The notes beneath the pieces were generated by a model that was given only the letters and a program-made list of their open reading frames with translations, had not been told where the DNA came from and did not search any database. A DNA stretch of 64,000 nt from Spirochaetia bacterium (lineage in GTDB: Bacteria; Spirochaetota; Spirochaetia; SZUA-6; Bin103). Shown here piece by piece: positions 49,950-59,600 of the stretch. The position numbers and the translations under genes are program-made. The first letter of the stretch is position 1, and each line of letters starts with the position of its first letter. The stretch covers positions 4,640,001 through 4,704,000 of the forward strand of contig CBDBDQ010000005.1 of NCBI GenBank assembly GCA_965203905.1. The letters are read 5' to 3'.

Positions 49950-50534
49950 CTGAAGGCTGCGGGGATCCCTGAGCACCAGGAAGTCGGCTTTGACTACAAC
50001 CGTAGTTGAGGCTTCGGTGGGTGGATAGGTCCTCGACGAAACCCGAACCAAAACCGGTGCAAACGAACCGGGCCGACCGCAGATCGGGGATCGACAAATG
50101 ATCACCACCAAGCGCTCCCGGCGACTGGGGGCACGGCTGGCCGCGAACGCGGAAATCAGCCGAAGGGACCGGGCCGCAAGCGCCGCGACCGTGTCGACAA
50201 GCGCGACCAGGCGGCCGCGGAGCTACGCGCGGCGCCACCGATCCCGGATTGCCTGGTTGAGTTCCTGGAGCTCTCGAAGGGCGAGCGCGACGGCGAGCTG
50301 GTGACCATGCTGCCGTGGCACCGCGAGTACCTAGAGTAGATGACTGCGTAGATGGCAGTCGCCAACGGACCGAGCAGCCCCGCGAGCAGCGATGCCGCAA
50401 CCGTCGCGCGCGCCAGCACCGCGGCGGCGTCCCAGGTTGCGCGGACGTAGCCCAGCCGGCGCAGCTGCCGGCAGGCCAGCGCCAGGGGCATGCCTGCCGG
50501 CGCCACTACGATCAGCGACAGATAGGAACGATAT

Positions 50535-50630
50535 CGGAGAGGGTAGGAATCGAACCCACCTCGCCCTGCATCGGCAGGGTCGACAACGGTTTTGAAGACC
50601 GCGGGGACCACCAGGCACCCATCACTCTCC
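50535..50630 (-). tRNA. selC: tRNA-Sec (anticodon UCA)
   Basis: GGAGAG...CTCTCC-G acceptor, CTTCAAA loop, long variable arm, GTTCGATTC T loop; CCA not encoded. Confidence 0.95.
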
Positions 50631-50790
50631 TGCGGCGGAGCGTGGGCCCCGCGCCGGTAGAGGGTATCGCAACCGGGCAAGCGCGCATACCGGGCTGGCC
50701 GGGTGGCGGGATCCTCCCGCTCTAACGGCGACGGAGTTCGTTGTTCATTTTGCGGTAGCCAGGGGCGTGGGGCTGGATTACGGTTGGCGC

Positions 50791-51834
50791 ATGGCTCCAC
50801 CGCTTCCGCCGCGCGCCGAGATGATTGCGGCCTTTAACGAGAGGGACGGCGACTACGACGGCCTGTTCGTAGCCGCCGTGCGCACTACCGGCATCTTCTG
50901 CCGCTGCTCCTGTCCGGCCCGCAAGCCGGACCCGCGCAACGTGGAGTTCTACGCCACGGCGGGCGCGGCGGTGGCCGCGGGCTACCGGGCCTGTCTGCGC
51001 TGCCGCCCGCTGGACCCCGGGGGCTCCGCGCCGAAGTGGCTCGGTTCGCTGCTGGCCGAGCTGGAGCGCGACCCGCGGCGGCGCTGGACCGATGCGGACT
51101 TGGCTGCAAGCGGGCTGCGTCCGGAGGCGGTGCGGCGCTGGTTCCGGCGCCGATTCGGCATGACCTTCCATGGCTACGCGCGCGCCCGGCGGCTGGCGGC
51201 CGCGGTCGACAACCTGCAGCAGGGCGCACCGGTCACCGACGCCGCGTTCGAGCACGGCTACGAGTCGCTCAGCGGCTTCAACGACGCGATTCGCAGCCTG
51301 ATCGGCGCTTCACCCGGCGCGGCGAGCGATGCCACGCTGCTGGCGGTGGCGCCGCTGGAGACGCCGCTGGGCGCGATGCTTCTCGGCGCCGTGAGAGGCA
51401 AGCTGTGTCTCGCCGAGTTTACCGATCGCGGGCGCCTGGAAGCGCAACTCCGCCGGGTGAGACAGCGCCTGCACGCTACGCTGGTGCCGGGTCGTGAGAC
51501 CCCTATCGACTGCGCCGCCGAGCAGTTGGCCGAGTACTTCGCCGGCTCCCGCCGCCACTTCGATCTCCCGCTGGTGCCGGCCGGTACGGAGCTGCAGCGC
51601 CAGGTCTGGGAGACGCTGCTGCAGATTCGATACGGAGAGACCTGGACCTACGGCCAAGTGGCGGCGGCGATCGGCCGCACGCGTGCGGCCAGGCCCGTGG
51701 GCAGCGCGGTTGGCGCGAACCCCATCTCAATCGTCATCCCCTGCCACCGGGTCATCGGCAGTGGCGGTGCCCTTACCGGCTACGGCGGCGGCCTGTGGCG
51801 CAAACGACGCCTCCTCGACCTGGAACGCGAGTAG
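50791..51834 (+). CDS. ada: Bifunctional Ada regulator / O6-methylguanine-DNA methyltransferase
   Basis: TTGIFCRCSC..CLRC zinc site, AraC HTH, IPCHRV. Confidence 0.93.
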   Translation: MAPPLPPRAEMIAAFNERDGDYDGLFVAAVRTTGIFCRCSCPARKPDPRNVEFYATAGAAVAAGYRACLRCRPLDPGGSAPKWLGSLLAELERDPRRRWTDADLAASGLRPEAVRRWFRRRFGMTFHGYARARRLAAAVDNLQQGAPVTDAAFEHGYESLSGFNDAIRSLIGASPGAASDATLLAVAPLETPLGAMLLGAVRGKLCLAEFTDRGRLEAQLRRVRQRLHATLVPGRETPIDCAAEQLAEYFAGSRRHFDLPLVPAGTELQRQVWETLLQIRYGETWTYGQVAAAIGRTRAARPVGSAVGANPISIVIPCHRVIGSGGALTGYGGGLWRKRRLLDLERE

Positions 51835-51867
51835 GTGTCGCTCCATTGCTGTAGTACACTGGGCTCG

Positions 51868-52215
51868 ATGGCTCAGGTCGGTACGGCAGGCAGGATAGAC
51901 CACGTGCTCGCTGCATTCCTCCGCGGAGTCTCCTCGGTTCGCGGCGAAGTAGTGGAGTTGTATCTGTACGGGTCGCGGGCCCGTGGCGATCACCATCCCG
52001 ACTCCGACTATGACGTGTTCGTCGTGCTGCAAGAGCGGACGCGAGACGCGATCGACACGCTGTACGACGCGGTGGTCGACGTGGTGTGTGAAACCGGCTC
52101 ACTCGTCTCGCTGAAGATCGTCTCCCGAGAACAGTTCCGGACGTTGGTGGCCGAGGGCAATCCGCTCGTTGCCAACGTCCTGCACGAGGGAGTTCCGCTT
52201 GCACTCGACGAGTGA
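51868..52215 (+). CDS. Minimal nucleotidyltransferase (MNT) antitoxin
   Basis: LYGSRARGD..PDSDYDV. Confidence 0.88.
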   Translation: MAQVGTAGRIDHVLAAFLRGVSSVRGEVVELYLYGSRARGDHHPDSDYDVFVVLQERTRDAIDTLYDAVVDVVCETGSLVSLKIVSREQFRTLVAEGNPLVANVLHEGVPLALDE

Positions 52216-52600
52216 GCAGCTCATCGCGGCCTACCTGGAAAGGGCCCGCCAGAAACTCGACGTCGCCCGGCGCCTGCGTGATTCCGGGGATCATGACGAT
52301 GCGATCTCACGGGCCTACTACGCCGCGTTCCACGCCGCAAAAGCGCTGTTGACCAGCGCCGGGGAACAACGGCGAACCCATCATGGTACCGTGACGCTGT
52401 TCAATCTCCTGTTCGTGAAGACCGGGAAGATGAGCCGGCGGGCGGGACGGTTCTTCTCGAACCTGAAGGACGATCGGGAGAGCGCCGACTACGAACTGTT
52501 CTCGTACGCCGACGCGGAGACGGCTCGGGTCGCGGTCGAGGAGGCCGAGAGCATCGTCGCCGAAGCGACGCGCTATATTGAGGGACTGGCGGGAGAGTAG
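52199..52600 (+). CDS. HEPN-domain protein
   Basis: SRAYYAAFHAAKALL, THHG, RESADY; overlaps MNT. Confidence 0.88.
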   Translation: MHSTSEQLIAAYLERARQKLDVARRLRDSGDHDDAISRAYYAAFHAAKALLTSAGEQRRTHHGTVTLFNLLFVKTGKMSRRAGRFFSNLKDDRESADYELFSYADAETARVAVEEAESIVAEATRYIEGLAGE

Positions 52601-53448
52601 GCCGCCGGCGACTGCTTCGGTCGCTGCATGCGCGGGTGGGGCTGGGCGACGCCGTCGTAGACCGGGTGCAGGGCCCGGACCAGGGCCTTGCGCTCGGCGG
52701 ACCACTCCTCGGCCAGCGGCTGGGTCTTGGCGACCATCTGCGCCTTGACCCGCTCCGGCAGCGCGGGGTAGTCGGGCTGATACCAGAGGGTGAGCACGGT
52801 TCGCCGCCGCTCACTGCCGTTGGGGTGGGAGGCGTGCAGCAGGCGCGCATCGCCGATCACCAGCTCGCCGGCCCGCACGGGGACGTCGACCTCGTCGGGC
52901 CGGCTCCCGAACTCGGCCCGTTCCAGGCTCTCCGCTCTGCCGAGCACTTCGCTGTGCGGCTCGGCGAGCACGTCGTGCAGCGGATTGTGCCGTGTGTGTG
53001 ACCCCGGAATGACGCGCAGGCAGCCGTTCTCCCGGCAGGTGTCGGTCAGGTAGTACATGAGAAACACCTGCGGCGGCACGGCCGCGAACATCTCGGGCTC
53101 TTCCCACGCGAACCAGTCGTAATGCCAGAACAGCTGCGGGCTGTGCGGCGGCTTGCTGATGAGGTAGCCGTCGGTGTAGGTGGCTTCGGTGAAGCCGAGC
53201 CGTGCCAGCGCACCCAGGGCGGCCGGCAGGGCGATCAACTCGGCAAACACCGAGTCGGTGGTGTCCTTGAACGGGAACATACTGCCCTGGGACCGGTTGC
53301 GCGCCTTGTGCTCCTCGGTCTGCGTATCCAGCATCAGGTCGGTTGCGGCCTGCAGCCGGCCGAGCAGGCCGGCGTCCAGAACGCCCGGCACCAAGCAGTA
53401 GCCGTCTTGCAGCAACTGGCTGCGTCGCGGCGTGTCTACGCGATCCAT
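52573..53448 (-). CDS. Phytanoyl-CoA dioxygenase family protein
   Basis: WHYD, YLTDTCRENGCLRVIPGSH, LHAS..N. Confidence 0.9.
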   Translation of the reverse strand: MDRVDTPRRSQLLQDGYCLVPGVLDAGLLGRLQAATDLMLDTQTEEHKARNRSQGSMFPFKDTTDSVFAELIALPAALGALARLGFTEATYTDGYLISKPPHSPQLFWHYDWFAWEEPEMFAAVPPQVFLMYYLTDTCRENGCLRVIPGSHTRHNPLHDVLAEPHSEVLGRAESLERAEFGSRPDEVDVPVRAGELVIGDARLLHASHPNGSERRRTVLTLWYQPDYPALPERVKAQMVAKTQPLAEEWSAERKALVRALHPVYDGVAQPHPRMQRPKQSPAAYSPASPSI

Positions 53449-53472
53449 CGGGCAGGCCCAGCGCCCGCCGAC

Positions 53473-53976
53473 TCAGGCGGCGGGGAGGTCTTCCAGGTGC
53501 AGGGCGGTGGTGATGCGGATGCTGCCGCGCAGCGATACGGCCACCGGGCAGCGGTCGGCGTGGAACCGATGCGCGCGTTCGGCGGCGGCGTGCTTGTCGG
53601 CGGACAGCCGCAGGTGGTAGTCGACGTGCACCGCCCGGATCACCAGTACCGAGCCTTCCTTGCCTATGTAACCGGTCGCTTCGCTGGTGAGGTAGCCCTC
53701 ACCGGCGGGTATCTCGCGCGCTTCCAGCGCGCCTCCCAACGTACCGGTCAGTCACCCGGCCGCGGCCGCCACCACGTAGTCGAGCGTCGTGGTGTGCGGC
53801 TCATGGACCTCCGGATCGACGCCGTAGTGCTCGGCCACCTCGGAGTGGACGCCGAACAGCACCGGGTCGGGCTCGGCCGGCAGGTGGGCGCGGCGCAACG
53901 GACCCTTGATCCGCTCGATGCTTACCTGCGATTGGTAGACCGTGTCCGCGGGGACCCCGGTCGAGGAATCAGCCAT
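53473..53976 (-). CDS. OsmC-like selenoprotein (U75)
   Basis: ORFs 53752-53976 and 53473-53739 in frame across TGA: VVAAAAG-U-LTGTLGGALEAR; resolving RCPVAVSL. Confidence 0.88.
53716..53732 (-). promoter_or_regulatory. SECIS-like hairpin of OsmC-like gene
   Basis: GCGCGCU-GGA-AGCGCGC beginning 19 nt after UGA. Confidence 0.6.
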
Positions 53977-54077
53977 GCCTCATCCTACAATCTCGCCGTC
54001 GCCTTTGCCACCCCCGCGACACAGACTGACTGACTTCTCTCCTGAAGCCGCCTATCATGGGGCTTCGGGAGCGATCC

Positions 54078-54911
54078 ATGATAGTAGACGTCCATACTCA
54101 CTGCCTGCAGCCCGACCATATCAGCGAGGCGGGGCACCGGGCCGACCGGCGCGCCGGCTATCCGCCGATGCAGCCGCTGACCTTCGAGCGCTATGCCGAG
54201 GAGTTGGCGGTGGTCGACCGTGCGATCGTGTTCGGGGTGCGGGGCGTGGCCACCGGCGTGCGCAGCCCCAACGAGTTCACCGCGGAGTGGGTCCGGCGCG
54301 ATCCCGACAAGCTGATCGGATTCATGGCGATCGATCCGATGGAAGACGACCACATGGAACAGATCGAGCAGGGCATCGAGCTCGGCCTGCGCGGCATCAA
54401 GATCTACCCGATGCTGGGCCGCTACGACCCCGCCGATCCGACCAACTTCCCCATGTTCGAGAAGGCGCAGCGGCTGGGGCTTCCGGTGCTCTCGCATACC
54501 GGCACCCACCCCAATCCGCGCGCCATGCTCAAGTACAGCCATCCGCTGCTGGTCGACGAAATAGCCCAGGCATTCCCGGACCTGAAATACATCATGGCGC
54601 ACCTGTCGCACCCGTGGCAGCGGGACTGCGCCATCGTGCTGCGCAAGCACCCCAACGTGTACGCGGACATCTCCGGCGTGTGGGTACGGCCCTGGCAGGG
54701 CTGGGAGGCGCTGATCGGCATGCTGGAGTGGAGCGTGACCGACAAGCTGTTGTTCGGCTCCGACTTCCCGCTCTGGACCCCGACCGAGGCGCTGGCGAAG
54801 ATCCGCCGTTTCAACGATCAGCTCGAGGGTACCCGCCTGCCGCGCATCCCCGACGAGATGATCGACGGGATCATTCACCGCGACTCGCTCAAGCTGCTGG
54901 GGCTGGAGTGA
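54078..54911 (+). CDS. Amidohydrolase_2 family protein
   Basis: DVHTH, HTG, AHLSHP, YADIS, FGSDFP. Confidence 0.88.
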   Translation: MIVDVHTHCLQPDHISEAGHRADRRAGYPPMQPLTFERYAEELAVVDRAIVFGVRGVATGVRSPNEFTAEWVRRDPDKLIGFMAIDPMEDDHMEQIEQGIELGLRGIKIYPMLGRYDPADPTNFPMFEKAQRLGLPVLSHTGTHPNPRAMLKYSHPLLVDEIAQAFPDLKYIMAHLSHPWQRDCAIVLRKHPNVYADISGVWVRPWQGWEALIGMLEWSVTDKLLFGSDFPLWTPTEALAKIRRFNDQLEGTRLPRIPDEMIDGIIHRDSLKLLGLE

Positions 54912-56083
54912 AGATCACTGCCGTAAAGACCTTCCTGGTCGGCGGGAGCTGGCGCAACTGGCTGGTGGTGAAGGTCGAGACCGACGCCGGCGTGCACGGC
55001 GTGGGCGAGGCCACGCTCGAAGGCAAGTCGAAGACGGTGCAGACGGCGGTGGGCGAGCTGGCGCGCTACCTGGAGGGCAAGGACCCGGCTGCCATCGAGC
55101 GCCATTTCCAGGAGATGTATCGGAGGGCGTTCTACGCCGGCGGCGAGGTGCTCACCAGCGCCATCACCGGGGTCGAGACCGCGTTGTGGGACATCAAGGG
55201 CAAGGTGCTGGGAGTGCCGGTATACGAGCTGCTCGGCGGTCGCACGCGCGACCGCATCAAGCTGTACGCCAACGGCTGGTACCGGCAGGGCATGAGTCCC
55301 GGCGAGTTCGTGGCCGCCGCCAGGAAGGTGGTGGCGCTCGGCGCCGGGGGGATCAAGTTCAACCCCTGGGGCGGCCGGCCGGGGATCGACTTCCATCGGC
55401 TGGAGAACGACATCCTCAACACCGGTGTCGAAGTGGTGGGTGCGCTGCGGGAAGCCCTGGGACCGAGCGTCGACCTGTATATCGACTGCAACGGCATCTT
55501 CAACAACGTCGGCAACGCGATCCGCGCCGCCAAGGCGGTCGAGCAGTTCAACATCAGTTTCTTCGAGGAACCGATACCGCACGAGAACACCGACGCGATG
55601 GCGTACGTGCGGCGCAAGATCGACATTCCGGTGGCCGCCGGCGAGCGTCTGTTCACGATTTTTCGGTTCCGGGAACTCCTGGAGCGGGGTGGTGCGGACG
55701 TCGTCCAGCCCGACATGTCGCACTGCGGCGGCATGCTGGAGGCGCGCAAGATCGCCGCCATCGCCGATTCGCACTACGCGGCGTTCGCGCCGCACAACGC
55801 CACCGGTGAGATCGCCTATGCGTCGGCCGTGCAGTTGGCGGCCTGCGTACCCAACTTCCTGGTGCTGGAGCACTTCCCGCCGGAATCATGGCGTTTCGAG
55901 GTGTGCCGCAATCCGATGCTGGTGGAGGACGGTTGGCTGCAGGTTCCCGACCGTCCCGGGCTGGGCGTGGAGTTCGACGAAGTCGCGGCGCGGTCACACC
56001 CCTACGAGCCGGTCGACCTCTACGACCTGCACCGCCCGGAAATGCAGCTCAAGATCCCGCAGTTCGGCGACCGCCTGCGCTGA
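54908..56083 (+). CDS. Mandelate racemase family dehydratase (galactonate dehydratase-like)
   Basis: GVGEATLEG, ALWDIKGK, YANGW, FEEP, AGER, APHN. Confidence 0.9.
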   Translation: MKITAVKTFLVGGSWRNWLVVKVETDAGVHGVGEATLEGKSKTVQTAVGELARYLEGKDPAAIERHFQEMYRRAFYAGGEVLTSAITGVETALWDIKGKVLGVPVYELLGGRTRDRIKLYANGWYRQGMSPGEFVAAARKVVALGAGGIKFNPWGGRPGIDFHRLENDILNTGVEVVGALREALGPSVDLYIDCNGIFNNVGNAIRAAKAVEQFNISFFEEPIPHENTDAMAYVRRKIDIPVAAGERLFTIFRFRELLERGGADVVQPDMSHCGGMLEARKIAAIADSHYAAFAPHNATGEIAYASAVQLAACVPNFLVLEHFPPESWRFEVCRNPMLVEDGWLQVPDRPGLGVEFDEVAARSHPYEPVDLYDLHRPEMQLKIPQFGDRLR

Positions 56084-56107
56084 GTCGGCAGCCGCCGTTG
56101 CCTCGGG

Positions 56108-57112
56108 TCAGACGTCGGACCAGAAGATGAGGGCGCCGATCACGCCGTCGGCGTTGCCTTCGAGGATGCGGCGGTAGAGATTCGGCGCCTCGAGGCGACT
56201 TACGCGGTGGGTGACCGTATGCTCCCACGGCAGGTAGCCGAGGGCGAGGTTGTGCATGATCGTCTCCCGCGCCGGTTCCTCCCCGTCGTTGCAGGGGAAG
56301 AACATCCGCAGCCGCTTGCCGTGCGGCGGGGGGTAGCGGAAGCTGATCGGGTCCTTGCCGTAGTGGCCCTGCCACACGAACTTGCCGCGCGCCCGGGTCA
56401 GGGCGATGGCGGCGTCGATGTTCTGCGGCAGGCCGGTCGCTTCGAACACCACGTCGCAGCCGCCCGGCCAGCGCTCTTCCACCGCCTGCGCCACGTCGGT
56501 GGTGGAGGCGTCGATCAGGTGACGGGCGCCGAGCTTGCGCGCCACTCTCAGGCGTGCCGCGTCCCGGTCCACGGCCACCACCTCGCAGCCGCGCAGGTTG
56601 GCCCACATCACCACCGACAGGCCCACCAGGCCGACGCCGAACACCAGCACGGAGTCGCCCAGGCGCGGGTTGCTGATGTCGACGCCGTGCAGCCCGACGC
56701 CGGGAAGCACGAAGGCACTGGCCACGTCCAGCGGCGTCCCGGCGGGCAGGTGCGCGGTATCGGGCCGCCGCGCATCGATCACCGAGTGGCTGGAGTGGGT
56801 GCCGGCGGCGGTGCACACAGTATCCCCGTCGAGCAGCATCCCCGGGCTGGCACGGAAGTATACCAGGTCGCCGGCCGCGTAGCCGGACACCTCCGCGCCG
56901 GCCGCTTCGACGACGCCGGTCGCGGTGTAGCCGGTACACAGCGGATAGAAGATGCGGTCCAGGGTCGAGCGCACCATCATGAACTCGGTGCCGATGCTGA
57001 CCCCCGACCACAGCGTGCGAAGCACCAAGTCGTGAGGACCGGGGTCGGGGAGGGTCACCTCGCGCAACGCGAACCGTCGCTGCGCATCACAGATCAGCGC
57101 GTGTGCGTTCAC
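56108..57112 (-). CDS. Zn-binding alcohol dehydrogenase-fold oxidoreductase
   Basis: SGVSIGTE, GY..TGVV, GVGLVG, FEATG; AGGAGG RBS. Confidence 0.85.
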   Translation of the reverse strand: MNAHALICDAQRRFALREVTLPDPGPHDLVLRTLWSGVSIGTEFMMVRSTLDRIFYPLCTGYTATGVVEAAGAEVSGYAAGDLVYFRASPGMLLDGDTVCTAAGTHSSHSVIDARRPDTAHLPAGTPLDVASAFVLPGVGLHGVDISNPRLGDSVLVFGVGLVGLSVVMWANLRGCEVVAVDRDAARLRVARKLGARHLIDASTTDVAQAVEERWPGGCDVVFEATGLPQNIDAAIALTRARGKFVWQGHYGKDPISFRYPPPHGKRLRMFFPCNDGEEPARETIMHNLALGYLPWEHTVTHRVSRLEAPNLYRRILEGNADGVIGALIFWSDV

Positions 57113-57178
57113 TTCTTCGTGCCTCCTGGTTCCGGCCGACTGCTTGGCGACGCTCCATGCGGCCTGCCGGTGGCAGTT

Positions 57179-57207
57179 CTGTTATTCCGTTTCGGAGTGG
57201 CTGTCAA
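57179..57207 (-). promoter_or_regulatory. Sigma70 promoter of dehydrogenase gene, next to copy 2 insertion site
   Basis: TTGACA-17 nt-TAACAG; TCCG-AAA-CGGA palindrome in spacer. Confidence 0.6.
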
Positions 57208-57226
57208 CCGCGCGCCGGCTCCATTG

Positions 57227-59395
57227 CCCGGCTATCCCACGCTGCGCGACAAGCCGGCTGCAAATCGTTACTACGGCTGCCATCGGACCGACACCCAACG
57301 GCCCAACTGGCGCCCCCGGCGAGCGCCGATCACGTAGCCCCGTCTGGCGGCGGCCCGTCCTCCCGATGCCGGAAGCGGTGGTGAGCAGAACAATGAAGCC
57401 TGAGGTTCCCCGGCTCAGCGCTGCCGCCGAGCGCGAAGGGAACGATGTGGTCGAGCTCCAGCAGGAAGCGGGAGCCGCAGCGCCGCCCGCTGTGCGGATC
57501 GACGTAACTGCAACAGCCGCCGTCGCGGCGCCACACCTCGCGCCGCACTGGTGCCGGAATATACCGGGATCGACGCGCCCGCTGGCGCGGCTGCGCGCTG
57601 TCTCGGGACGGGCCGGCTGCCTCTGGCTGCGGCCGCGAATGGCCATCGACCTGCACCGCTCCTGCCCGCTTCGCCGCCCCGGCCCGCTTCGCTGGCGAAG
57701 GAGCGCTGCGACGGCGATCCGCCACTGCCAGCGCGGTCGGCATGCTCTGGTCTGCCGGCGGCGTCGGTACGGTGGCGTGGGACCCGCAACCAGCCACCAA
57801 CTTCGCCGCCGAAGCAGCGGTGCCGGGCGCCGCCACCGCTGGCTTGGCACTCACCGGGGTGCTGCCGCCGCAAGTCTCGCGCCCCGACGGCGGCGCGGAC
57901 AGCACTGCCACCGCCGAGGTGCCGGCGCCGCCATTCCCGCGCGCGGGTTCCTCTGCGGACAGAGCCGGCGCCGTGGTGCTGCCACCGGCGCTCGTGCCCG
58001 CCGGCGGCGACGGCACTCCGGGTTGCTCTTGCACGTCCCGCTTCGCCGGCGAAGTCCCTCCGCCCGCCGGCCCGTCCTGCGCCTTCGGCTCCAGCGCCTG
58101 GCCCGCGCTTGCCTCCCGGCGCCCATCTCTGCGCCCGCGCGGCGGTCGCCCCGGGTCGTAGCGCTGCAGGCCGTCCTGCACCAGCCGCTCCACCAGCTGC
58201 CCCAGCGTCAGGTGCGGGTCCACGTGCGACAGCAGTGCCCGGAGTTGCTCGATCCCGCACTGACAGGCAGCGTCGATCACCACCTTCAGCTCCCAGCGGC
58301 CGTCGCCCAGCGCCCGCATGCGATCGGCCGGCCGCGCCAGCTCGGGAGCCACCCCGGCCAACAACTGCTTCACCTCGCGCGTGCTCTTGCCGCTCGCCTG
58401 CGCCACCAGCTCCTGCCGCTGCGCCGCGTCCAGCGCCGGCACCGGTCGCGCCGGCGCCGCTGCCCCGGTCCTGGAAGCCCCGCCTCCGGCGCCGTCCCCG
58501 TGGCGCCCGGCAGCAGCTCCGGGGCCGCGGGTGCCGAGCCGGGGTCCACCGCGGCGGTGGCTGTGCGCTGCAGGAGATCGAAGGTGTTCTGCAACTGCGC
58601 CGCCGCGCTCAGGGAGAGCGAGCCGTACTGCAGCCGCTCGCGTGATCCGGCGGTATCGGAGCACAGGCGCATGGCTTTGATACGGCGCCAGGCGGCGCCT
58701 TCGCTGTAGCCCAGCTCGCGCACGGCGTAGTCGAACAGGCTGGAGAACCCGAGGCGCAGGTGGAGGTGGCGGGCGTGGATCTCGCGCAGGTGGTCGAGGA
58801 CGGCGAGCTGCAGCGCCTGCTCGTGCAGGACGAGGGACCTGGTATGCGCCAGCAGCACCTGGTCGGGGAGCCCGGAGAGCGAGGAGGAGAAGCCGGTGGC
58901 GGTCGCGGGAGCCATGGCGTAAATATACTCATGGCTGAGAAATGTCCGGTTTCTGAAAGTCCCGGACCGGCACTGGGAAGGGCTCAGGCCGGCGCTGGCG
59001 GGGTGCTGACGGGCCTGGAGGGCGTGGCGGGATGTTCGAAGGGTCGGAGGGGCCGGAACATGTGTCAGGAGGCCGTTACGAGCAGCGCCAAACCCGGCAA
59101 GTGCTCAGCGCAATTTTTTGCACTTTTTTCGCACAATCCTGCACCGCGGCGCCGCACCGTGGTCGACTAGGTGCCGCCATCAAGGCTGGCTACAGCGAGA
59201 GGTCGACCCAACGTGGCAGCAGCGCATCGGCGGAGACCGGCGCGTTGCGGGTGGGCGGCAACCCACCCATTCCTGGACACATCATACAGCGAACGACCCC
59301 GCACCCCCTATAAGCGGCGATCTGGCAGGCACCGGGGCCATCACCGCCGCTTGTCCACACGGGATTCAGCCGTCGTTCAGCATGGGATGGCCCTG
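57227..59395 (-). mobile_element. TIR/TSD-bounded DUF222-like/HNH element, copy 2 (full length)
   Basis: Inverted repeats 57230-57250 / 59372-59392 (17/21); direct repeats GGCTCCATTG (57217-57226) and GGCTCAATTG (59396-59405). Confidence 0.85.
57330..58915 (-). pseudogene. DUF222-like HNH endonuclease (~528 aa) with -1 frameshift in a G run
   Basis: Paralogue of 30903-32279; C-terminal RRDGGCCSY...C...ELDHIVP...GG...NLRLHCSAHH; G4 at 58478-58481 versus G5 in copy 1. Confidence 0.85.
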
Positions 59396-59600
59396 GGCTC
59401 AATTGATGCCGGATCTCTCACGGAGCGCCGGCGCTCACGGCGGCAGCCGCCGGTTCCCTGACCCCCGGCTGCCGCAGGACGTCGAGCGCCGCCGCCGCGT
59501 CGAACGACTCGGCTGGATGCGCTGGCGGTCGCGGGCGCGGTGATTTACAGTACGCTGCGGAAGTGGCGATGGCAGTCCAGGGCCGCGCCGGAGGGCGATC

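Noticed and set aside
48830-50534. att-site duplication of the selC 3' end
   Set aside because: No second copy of the tRNA 3' sequence found by eye; no integrase.
57330-58915. HNH gene as IscB/Cas9-like (OMEGA) nuclease
   Set aside because: No PLMP N-terminus or RuvC motifs visible; HNH is C-terminal after a low-complexity linker; ends are TIR/TSD type rather than IS200/605 hairpins.
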